A DNA stretch of 64,000 bases from Tetramitus jugosus (taxonomy: Eukaryota; Protista; Heterolobosea), in assembly GCA_937625935.1 (NCBI GenBank), contig OW569347.1:434001-498000 (forward strand), given 5' to 3'. Under the pieces are notes generated by a model. The model did not search any database. It saw only the letters and a program-made list of their open reading frames with translations, and was not told where the DNA came from. The position numbers and the translations under genes are program-made. This document shows, piece after piece, positions 34,622-43,520 of this stretch; position 1 is the first letter of the stretch; the number at the start of each line of letters is the position of its first letter.

Positions 34622-37594
34622 ATGCACTCAATGAATGACACAAATTCTACCACACCACTGAACTTGTTCTGGACATGGTACCAGAACGAGCGTAAGTACT
34701 CTGTCAGCACTATCTATAACATGGGATTTGACAAAAAGAGATACAAGAACTTACGGTTGAACCATTTGGCACCCCCTGGAGAAACAGGATTGAAAATGAA
34801 TAGCATGACATTTGGTTCTCTCAAATGGTTGATCAAGTTAACGTATGACAAACGTTGCAATGAAGCTGTTAGCAATTCGCTCATTAACATTCTTGATGAC
34901 ACACTAGCACAACACTGCTACTTTAAAGATCCGACTGGATTCAACATTGAGCGAGTAGAATACAAGAGAAAAAGAAAGAGGTCGGATTGTGTGGAGAGAG
35001 AAACAATACAACCAGGAACCGAGGATGAAGTTCATCACTTCAATGAGAATTTATCATCTCAGCAAGCACCACTCGATAATTCCACACAAGCAATACCACT
35101 TTTATCTTCCAATCTTAGTTGCCCAGAGATCAAAGGCATTTTGTCCAAGGCAGATAAAATGATACCAGAGAAGCAATTTGACTGCTCAATTATGGATCTC
35201 CGATGTAGTAACTGTAAGCAGACAATCCTTGAAACCAAACCAGGTCGAAAGCATGACAAAGAACTTTCATTACTGTCAAACAAACAGCGCAACGCCAATT
35301 GTAACCGATTTGTTATATCATTCAAATGGATGTTGATGTTGCTATGTCAAATGTTCACGACAACATTAGAAGCATATTTCAAGCACTATCCGGCAGAGTT
35401 TCTTTCCATTTTAACAAGCTTTATTCATACTACACAGAAGCATCGCAAAATCGTGAATCAAATCCTAAGTGATGGATACAAAAGTTTCACTACTCATCAG
35501 CTTCTGTTTCACAAAGATAGATATTTCATATCTGATCTCACTTACTTCTCTTTCTATCACGCATTGTACCTCAACTGGCTATTCCCATCTAAAACTGAGG
35601 TACAGAATTTGAGAGGAAGTATCAACAAGACAATTTCAGATAACTGGGAAGTGAAAAAGGTTGTTGACGATCAAAACACTCATATCGGTTGGACATGCTC
35701 AATCCGTTCAGTACTGATGCATCTCATGCAAGTACAAATCCGTTACTCGCAGGATATATCCGAACCACCCAATCATATAGAGTTGGTACTCTCAGGAGAC
35801 GGACGCAAAAATGATGGAGGTCAAAATATCATTGCTCTGAAACCAATCGGTTTATCGCAGTTCGATTCTCAGAGTCGCGATTCTGTATTTCCTGTGGTGT
35901 TTTGGAAAGGAGCAGAAAAGATTGCGAGAGAGTGCCTCCAACCCGTAATTCAAATTGTTAAGCAATTATGTAACGATGGAGGATTGTCATACACCATACC
36001 AGTACCACGAGGTTCGTATGCCGCGGCATCGACTGCCTTTTCTTTTATCAAGTTCATTTGGTGCTCTGATCTTGCTTTTCTAGACACAGTATGTGATGGA
36101 GGTCTTTACAGCAGAAGTAACCATCACTTATTCTGTCCATATTGTCAGTGCAAGAAGATAGATTGTGATAAGCACTATTCAAGCAGTGACCCTAGAAAAA
36201 TCACATTCTTTGGCTTGGAAATGCCTGTTAAAATCTGTTCATTGCATTGCAAACAAGCAATAACAAGGAGATTGTTGTTGAATATGGCGTTATCCACAGA
36301 CTCCGTAGGTATCGCAGAGATAAGCAGTAAGATCCACTCTATCTCTGGTCTAGGCAACTTTGATTTCTTGATCAAGGAGAATGCGGGTCCTCGAGATGAT
36401 GATGATGATGAAGGGGCTGAATCTCAGCCTGACAGTGGAAGTGTCAGAGTGCCAAAACTCACTGGAAATCAGTGTGATGCACTGATAAAAAAGGCGGTCA
36501 TACTCTTTTCGTCATTGGATGGAACCACTGACCAAGCACTAGCCGATATATGGCTCCTTTGGTCTTTCATATGTTTTGGATACTTGGAAGCGACCAATGA
36601 TCTCTTACAGAACAAGAGAAATCTGCAAGAAGCAGAAATAATTCTCAAGAGGTTGGACACATTGGTGTACTCAAGGTTTGGAGCCGGAGCACGGATGGGT
36701 TACTACTTCCACATTGTTGTAAAGCATCTACCTTCGTTGTTGTCGTATGGATCGTTACAGCCATATTCTGGTCAAGCTTTGGAGGCACATCACCAAGTGG
36801 GCACCAGAATCCAGGAAAGAGCAGTTTTTAAAGGAACATCTGTTGGCAAAAGCAACACCCCTCATGATGTTCTCCTTCATATATTCCTTCATCCACTACG
36901 TGCTCTTTTCCTATCTGCAAATCACGATGGATGTAATTGGAATCTGCGAAGAAGTAGGAAACGGCGATGTGATGCGATCGATAGATCGATGAGAGCAGAC
37001 AACAACCTAGATACTACATTGTCAAGTGACGGTCTCATGGACTTATTAGGTGCGAACTATGATATTGAGGCCGATGAAACAGAGTCCTCGAATGATAGAG
37101 TGACTGTGGAAGAATTGTCTACAACAGAAGACATACAAGCGTCACCAACATCTTCAACTCAACAAATGGAAAGTTCACTACTCAATCATGCTAGCGAAGA
37201 ACTGGAAATCCTTGCTCAGAAGTTTGATAGACATCTCGAAAAGCGGAAGGCAGTCTTAGATATTGTTTTGAATAGAAATCTGGCATCTTACCGATTCACA
37301 ATACCACAACGTCTTCAATTTGCAAGCCAAGCTCGCCTAGGATCGGTAGAAAACTATTCCAATCCACTTCCCAATCCGGTCCTAAGTGAACGTAGAGTAG
37401 CAGATCATGTAGAGCTTGTGGAACCAGCGATTGCTCTGGAAACTTTTAGTGGAGAATCGATCGTGACTGTCACAAACCGGAGCACTAACATGGCTTTCGC
37501 ACAGCATCCATTGGGTGATCGATATCGATCTGAGATCCTCGGTCAGCACATCTGGTCCACAATCAGGCAGAAGCAGAATGGATCTCATTCTTGA
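34622..37594 (+). CDS. RAG1/Transib-like DDE transposase, 990 aa, intact
   Basis: Motifs in RAG1 order: NBD-like PGRKHDKELSLLSNKQ, SGDG (D1), CSDL (D2), CPYC, SLHC, YFHIVVKH (compare RAG1 YFHKTLAH) and SGQALEAHH (E). Confidence 0.8.
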   Translation: MHSMNDTNSTTPLNLFWTWYQNERKYSVSTIYNMGFDKKRYKNLRLNHLAPPGETGLKMNSMTFGSLKWLIKLTYDKRCNEAVSNSLINILDDTLAQHCYFKDPTGFNIERVEYKRKRKRSDCVERETIQPGTEDEVHHFNENLSSQQAPLDNSTQAIPLLSSNLSCPEIKGILSKADKMIPEKQFDCSIMDLRCSNCKQTILETKPGRKHDKELSLLSNKQRNANCNRFVISFKWMLMLLCQMFTTTLEAYFKHYPAEFLSILTSFIHTTQKHRKIVNQILSDGYKSFTTHQLLFHKDRYFISDLTYFSFYHALYLNWLFPSKTEVQNLRGSINKTISDNWEVKKVVDDQNTHIGWTCSIRSVLMHLMQVQIRYSQDISEPPNHIELVLSGDGRKNDGGQNIIALKPIGLSQFDSQSRDSVFPVVFWKGAEKIARECLQPVIQIVKQLCNDGGLSYTIPVPRGSYAAASTAFSFIKFIWCSDLAFLDTVCDGGLYSRSNHHLFCPYCQCKKIDCDKHYSSSDPRKITFFGLEMPVKICSLHCKQAITRRLLLNMALSTDSVGIAEISSKIHSISGLGNFDFLIKENAGPRDDDDDEGAESQPDSGSVRVPKLTGNQCDALIKKAVILFSSLDGTTDQALADIWLLWSFICFGYLEATNDLLQNKRNLQEAEIILKRLDTLVYSRFGAGARMGYYFHIVVKHLPSLLSYGSLQPYSGQALEAHHQVGTRIQERAVFKGTSVGKSNTPHDVLLHIFLHPLRALFLSANHDGCNWNLRRSRKRRCDAIDRSMRADNNLDTTLSSDGLMDLLGANYDIEADETESSNDRVTVEELSTTEDIQASPTSSTQQMESSLLNHASEELEILAQKFDRHLEKRKAVLDIVLNRNLASYRFTIPQRLQFASQARLGSVENYSNPLPNPVLSERRVADHVELVEPAIALETFSGESIVTVTNRSTNMAFAQHPLGDRYRSEILGQHIWSTIRQKQNGSHS

Positions 37595-37711
37595 GTTTTT
37601 TTTGGCAGATTCATGACAGTAGAAGAAGTTCTATTCTATGTCAAGGCCCTATTGTACATACGGTGCGACATCGAGAAAACTCTAGTGTGTTCGATATTGA
37701 AATTGTTTATT

Positions 37712-38212
37712 TTAGCCTGGAACGAGAAATCTTTGGTCGTTCCACATCATTGTGCAAATCTGGGTATAATTACAGTACACCCGATTGTTCATTGTATTTA
37801 CAATGAACGCAATGTACGTGTAGTAGGCGTGATACATGACTGTACCACGTTTGTAGTACTTTGATGCCCATCTACCTCCCAGATCTGGCATGCAATCGTT
37901 AAAAATAAACCACTCATGCGGCACGTTGTATTCAATTCCATCATAGGTGGCCTTTCTTTGTGTGGTTCGCACACAACATTCCGGTTGCATACGGAAAAAT
38001 TCTCGCAGTATCTCAACGGGGCAGGATGGCAGAACCAAATTTCTTCCATTCTTCAACTGTCGTGGTTGAATTCTACTCCACAATACGTCTCGTGCGTCTG
38101 CACAAAATTCGAGCATCCGATTGGTGATGTAAAAATCTCTGTACGACACATCGATAGTTTCATTTGCAACTCTGGTATCGTGGTCGGAGGGAATGTTGTC
38201 TGCACTGTTCAT
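37712..38212 (-). CDS. Unknown partner protein A of the RAG-like element (166 aa)
   Basis: Clear paralog of 38493-39278, sharing LEFC..R.VLW.R.QPRQ.K.G, MPDLGGRW.SKYYKRG..MYH.YYT.IAF.VNT..NRVY.NYTQ and FLVPG*. Confidence 0.8.
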   Translation of the reverse strand: MNSADNIPSDHDTRVANETIDVSYRDFYITNRMLEFCADARDVLWSRIQPRQLKNGRNLVLPSCPVEILREFFRMQPECCVRTTQRKATYDGIEYNVPHEWFIFNDCMPDLGGRWASKYYKRGTVMYHAYYTYIAFIVNTMNNRVYCNYTQICTMMWNDQRFLVPG

Positions 38213-38492
38213 CTTTTTGGTCGCTATTCATCGTTGTTGTCGTTAAATATCGTTGTATGGTTGGTTCGCTTTTCTTCTTTTTTTAATTTGTTGATGGTTG
38301 ATGGAATCTGAGCAAACTTCTCCCGGAGTAATTTTTTATCTCTCTGTGTTGTCACAACGAGATAATCTGATTCTCCGAGGGAAGATCCCATCAAACAAAA
38401 AAAGATGATGAATCATTGTAAAGTTGTCACTTTAACACAGGACGCAGTTTAAATTTTTTTCACCCACACAACAACAGATAAAAAGCAACAAA

Positions 38493-39278
38493 ATGCCTCG
38501 CACTAACTCTATACAAGTTGGGGTTTCGCCTCAAGAACCTTACGGTCGACCAGAAGAGAATTCATCTACTTGCACCTCCGGTGACCTGCAGGATATCATC
38601 AACCTGCTCTCTAACTCGAGAAACGACCTGCAACAAGAAGTTCGCGAACTTCACACCGAGCTTCAGCTGAAAGAAGAACTAATACTGCGTTTTCAACACG
38701 AGTATGTGAAATTGCAAGAATTAATCAGTCACATGAACGAGGAGAAAGGAAATCTAGATCAATCACGGAATTTACATCCGGAAACACCAGCAACCACACT
38801 GTCCCAGCCCGAAACGTCTCGAATTACACACGATGACCTCACTCCTTTTCGTAGGTACCATAACACACATCGCCTGTTGGAGTTTTGTGGAAACACAAGG
38901 AAAGTCCTGTGGAACCGGATGCAGCCACGTCAAATGAAGACTGGAAACGGACTACTTCTGGGTCAATGTCCAGCACCCTTACTCAAATTCTTCTTCGATC
39001 AACAGCCTTTCTACACTTCGAAGATATCGCGAAGAAAGGTGGTCCGCGATGGCTTGGAGACACACGTATCAATACAATGGTACATCTACAATGAGAAGAT
39101 GCCTGATCTGGGCGGAAGATGGTCTTCAAAATACTACAAACGTGGTAGTGAGATGTATCATTCGTACTATACTCGGATAGCTTTTGGTGTAAACACTGAA
39201 GATAACCGTGTTTATGTCAACTACACGCAGGTGACCACCTTGTTGTGGAATAACAGTTCTTTCCTAGTACCTGGCTGA
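38493..39278 (+). CDS. Unknown partner protein B: N-terminal coiled coil plus conserved ~140-aa domain
   Basis: Paralog of partner A with a heptad-rich segment LQQEVRELHTELQLKEELILRFQHEYVKLQEL. Confidence 0.8.
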   Translation: MPRTNSIQVGVSPQEPYGRPEENSSTCTSGDLQDIINLLSNSRNDLQQEVRELHTELQLKEELILRFQHEYVKLQELISHMNEEKGNLDQSRNLHPETPATTLSQPETSRITHDDLTPFRRYHNTHRLLEFCGNTRKVLWNRMQPRQMKTGNGLLLGQCPAPLLKFFFDQQPFYTSKISRRKVVRDGLETHVSIQWYIYNEKMPDLGGRWSSKYYKRGSEMYHSYYTRIAFGVNTEDNRVYVNYTQVTTLLWNNSSFLVPG

Positions 39279-39361
39279 TTCGATTGATAGTCTAACAATA
39301 CCTACGATGCTGCCATCAAAATTTTCAACGTTAATAGGTTGATTTACTTCTACCTTTCAAT

Positions 39362-42300
39362 TCAATATAAATCATTGTCAATGCCTTTTGCGTTGAATAG
39401 GAATTGAGACAAAATACCTTGAGAATGCTGGTACTGATCACCAGTCACAGGATCATTTGTGATTGCAACTAACTCTGAAGATGTCAAAGGAGATCCATCC
39501 CCATTGTTCGATACACGCACAACTTCTTCACACCCAAATGCCTGCTCTCCCGAATGATGATCAACAAGAGAATTATTATCAGTGTTTCGTTCTCCAATCG
39601 GTGCACCTTGACGCGGATTGGGGTATGTCATTTCATTCCCAAGACGCACTTGTTTCCTTACTTGGAGGCTCTCTGGAACGGTGCAGGTGTAAGTTGTTAT
39701 ATCTCGTTCCAATACAACTGAAAGAACTATGTTAAACTTATGTAGAAACTCATCTTTCTCCTTGCTTTGCGTCTCAAGTTCTTCAATATCGGTGTTCTCT
39801 AGATTGGACTGTGCTTGATTGTGAGTTTGACCGCGACATTGATCACTTTGATCTGTGTCTGGATCAGACAAATCGTCTAAGGTCACTCGAATTGCACCAT
39901 TTTCTTCCTCTTCCTCTGGTTCTAGTTCATAATTGACATCAAAGATTTCCATGAAGGAGTCGGTTGACAAGATGTTCTCCAGGTCAAGTTCACGAACAAT
40001 AAATGGTTCTTTTGCGTCCCGACGTCGCTTACGTGCTCTCCGTAGATTCCAGTTGCAACCATCATAGGAACCTGATAGATGGAGCTGGCGAATAGTGTGA
40101 AGAAATATCTGAAGCATCTTATCACAAGGAACCTTGGTGGTGCTGGATGACGAACCCTTGAAAGATGCTCTTTCCTCGATCATACAGCCATGTTGATGAT
40201 GCGCCTCTAGGGCCTGACCGGAATAAGGCTGAAGGGATCCGTGTTTTGCCAACAGTTCTGGAAGGTGCTTGACGACAATGTGGTAGTAATAGCCCATTCG
40301 GGCATTGGATCCGAAGCGAGAGTGAACAAGGATGTCCATCCGCTTCAGGATAGAGTCCAACTGATTGAGTCCTCTTTTATCCAGCTGTTGGTTCGTCGCC
40401 TCCAAATATCCGAAGCAAACAAAACACCACAACAACCATATGTCAGCCAAAGATTGATCACGAATGTTGGAGATGTTGGAGAACATAGTAGGAGCATTTC
40501 TTATTATTGCATCACATTGGGCCCCAGTTAATCTGGGGACTTCTATCTTTGCATTGTCTGGTTGACTTTGGTCATCGTCCTCAGATCCAGTGTATGAAGT
40601 GACAATTGAATCCATCTTAAATTCAAAATTGCTCAACAATGGTATCGAGCGTATTTTGTTCCTCAGATCTGAGATGCCATCAAAATCGAAACATAGAGCC
40701 ATGTTCAACAATAATCGTCGTGTTATGGCTTGTTTACAATGAAGTGTACAAATCACAACATCGATGGCATTTTGAAGGAAGATAATCTGCCGAGGCCCGT
40801 ATGGTTCAGATTGTTTGTTGCATTCGATCTTGGGACACACACAGTATGGACAGAATAGAGTGGAATTCTCCCTGCTGTACAACCCTCCATCGCATACGGT
40901 GTCCAGGAACGCCAAGTCTGAACACCATATGAAGGTGACAACAACGAACAACATCGCTCCGAGAGGATGAGTGCCATGAGCGACAGGAAGTATGTAAGAG
41001 AGTCCACCAGCCTGCATTACTTCCTTGACAACATTAAATGTTGATTCAAGCAGACCTCTGGCTATCTTCTCAGAGCCTTTCCAGAAAATAGTGGGAAAAA
41101 CTGAGTAGCGAGATTGAGTATCAAATTGAGAGAGTCCAATAGGCTTGACAGCAAAGATATTTTGGCCTCCATGATTGCTCCGTCCATCTCCAGAGAGAAC
41201 GATGCTAATTCTGGATGGAACAGAGCTGTATCTCGCTTGAACCCTCATCATCTCTTTTACAACAAACAAAAGACTACACTTCCACCCAATATGCTCACCA
41301 TCGACATCCCATACCTCTTTAACTTGCCAATTTTCCATCAGATACTTATTCAACTTCGACCTGAGACGCTGAATCTCGGTCTTTGATGGAAAGAGCCAGT
41401 TAAGAAATAGTGAATGATAAAAGCAGAAATAATTGTTATCCGAGATGAAATTTCGATCCTTGTTGAACAGCATCATATGATTGTTGAAGCTACTTGAAGC
41501 ATCTTGAACCATCTGATACACAAACAGTAGATGTTTCTTCGATGATTGAATGAATGCAGTAAGAATCGATACTGAAATCTTCAGGTTGACTCTTGAAGTA
41601 TGCGATCATCACTGTTAAAAAGCTTTGGAACAACAGAGCCAGTTGCCATTTGATTGCGATCACGAATCTTTTGGCATTAATCGACCACTGTTTGTCAGAG
41701 CATTTCGATAGTTCTTTGTCATGTTTTCTTCCGGGCTTTGGAACAAGGGTAGTACCTCCACATTGATCACATAGCATATCCAACGCGGAGCTGTCATATT
41801 CCCTTTCTTGAATCAACCGATTCGCTCTCTCGACAATATCCTTGAGTTCTTGATTTCCTGTCCTGTTGTTTCGTGTTGATAGTGATACTCGATACAGTGA
41901 TTGTTCATACTGCGAATTTTCTGTTTGTGAACCTTCAAGTTGATCATGATCCTGCTCGATTGAACCTCGCTTTCTCTTTCTTTGAATTCTAAAATTCTCT
42001 ACTTGATACCGAGTACAATCTAAATACTCACAATTGTTTGAAAGTGCCTCCTCTAAGTATTCAAGTAGTCGAGATCGAACAGATGGATCGCAGTGGGGGT
42101 CATACAATATTCTTGTCACCCATTTCAACGATCCAAACACGTGCCCATTCATTTTAATTCCTATCTCATCGAGTGGGATCAAACGATTGAATCTAATGTG
42201 CTTATGCTGCTTAAGGTCAAATGCAGCCTTAAATATTGTGCTGACAGAGTACAAGCGTTGGTTGTTGTGTATGATCCAGTAAACAGTGAATTGTGACTCA

Positions 42301-42422
42301 ATAGAAGGAGGAGGATGGATGTGTGGTGTGGTGAGTGAACTTGGTGAGGGTTCAGAGACAGATGGAAGAGTATAGCAACCAAATAGTTGAGGTGCGAATA
42401 GAAAGTGATTCATGTTTGCCAT
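39362..42422 (-). pseudogene. RAG1/Transib-like transposase B with a single +1 frameshift near 41573
   Basis: ORFs 41490-42422 and 39362-41521 together align with protein A. Removing one base restores ...EDFVSILTAFIQSSKKH..., versus EFLSILTSFIHTTQKH in A. All catalytic motifs are retained. Confidence 0.8.
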
Positions 42423-42815
42423 GGTCTTGTCTGCCTGTTTGATCTTCAGTCAACCGACAAAACATGCCCGTAAAAATAAGTTGTTTACAAAGATTCTGTG
42501 CAACTTTGCACAGAGCGATTTTCTCTCCCTATCTCATTGTGTGAGGGAAAAAAATATTCCTGTTCAGGAATACAAGCAAATAATTTACAAAGGAAGCTGT
42601 CTCTGAAGCATTCTGAGTCATGATCCTCAGGTGTTGAGAAGACTTTCACCAAATAGGTTCAGCCTTCGTCTCCCTCTACCACAGATCGATTGGCTGTGAA
42701 GGATAGAGTCCAATTGGGCTCAGCCTGACAAACTGAAGGGACCTCTCGTCTCCGTTTCATGTTGTGCACAAACTGATTTGCCTGCCTTTTTGCCGAAAAG
42801 CTGTCTATTGTCTTG

Positions 42816-43382
42816 AATACAACCATTTCGGTTGCTCATTTTTTTGTCTTGAATACTCAAGCATCTCTGGTTAGTTAATCCCAGTTGGCTAGCAATGGCG
42901 GTCGAAGCAATTACTCTTCTCCTTTGTTGTTGTGAACAGGTGGTGGAGTCTTGAAGCATCTCTGTCTCCGCTGCCACAGCTTTCTTCATTACATAAGACC
43001 CTCAATGATCTCCATGATGGCATCTGTTTCAACGCCTATCATTCCTTGCAACAAATCACGGCTGGACCAGTGCTCACCACCTTTCCTTCTTAGTCGCATC
43101 TCGTCAAACCCAATATCGTTCGTGCCCCTTTTTCTGCTCTTCAACTTGCTTCTTGCCACCCTTGCTAGTCCGCACTCCACAAGTAGATGCACGATGGTTT
43201 CTGGAGTTTTGCAATAGTGTGTGCAAGTGACATCGATCAGCGGATTATACAGCTGTCGAACACCAGTGCAGCAGCCAGCGCTACAGTCCTCTGTTCTTCT
43301 ACCTCCACTAGCTCAGGGATTCTCAACACAGCACACGGCGAAGGCTGTTGCCGGATGCCTTCACCAATTTTGTTGAACCACC
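42816..43382 (-). mobile_element. Old, 5'-truncated and decayed LINE copy (ORF2 C-terminus plus 3' UTR)
   Basis: ETIVHLLVECGLARVAR and GMIGVETDAI match the neighbouring LINE ORF2 tails. The 3' motif AATACAACC..GGTTGCTCATTTT is shared with them. Confidence 0.75.
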
Positions 43383-43520
43383 AGATTCCGTTTTTTTTTT
43401 TTTTTTTTAAATACAACCATTGGTTGCTCATTTTACTTCTTTGTTGATTCTCTGTATCGGTTTCGTGACGGCAGAATGCCGTCATTATTGATTCAAGTAG
43501 TTGCTAATGCTCGTAGAGCA

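Larger units (their letters stand above)
34467..38348 (+). mobile_element. RAG-like/Transib-like transposon copy A: transposase plus convergent partner gene, asymmetric CACA-led ends
   Basis: Left end CACAATGAGATAGCGGGGGTAAAAT. Right end (reverse complement) CACAGAGAGATAAAAAATTACTCCGGGAGAAG. No TSD found. Confidence 0.8.
38353..42541 (-). mobile_element. RAG-like/Transib-like transposon copy B, inverted relative to A
   Basis: Inner end CACAACGAGATAATCTGATTCTCCGAGGGAAG. Outer end (reverse complement) CACAATGAGATAGGGAGAGAAAAT. Same two-gene layout as copy A. Confidence 0.8.

Noticed and set aside
37591-37864. Small plus-strand ORFs after transposase A as a third gene
   Set aside because: They are largely antisense to partner A and have no counterpart in copy B.
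37712-39278. Calling the partner proteins RAG2-like
   Set aside because: They are too short for a six-bladed propeller, have one GG-containing motif only, and lack a PHD finger.
34462-42546. 5-bp TSDs for the RAG-like elements
   Set aside because: The flanks CGCTG, TTGTC, GTTGT and TGAGG do not match in any valid pairing.
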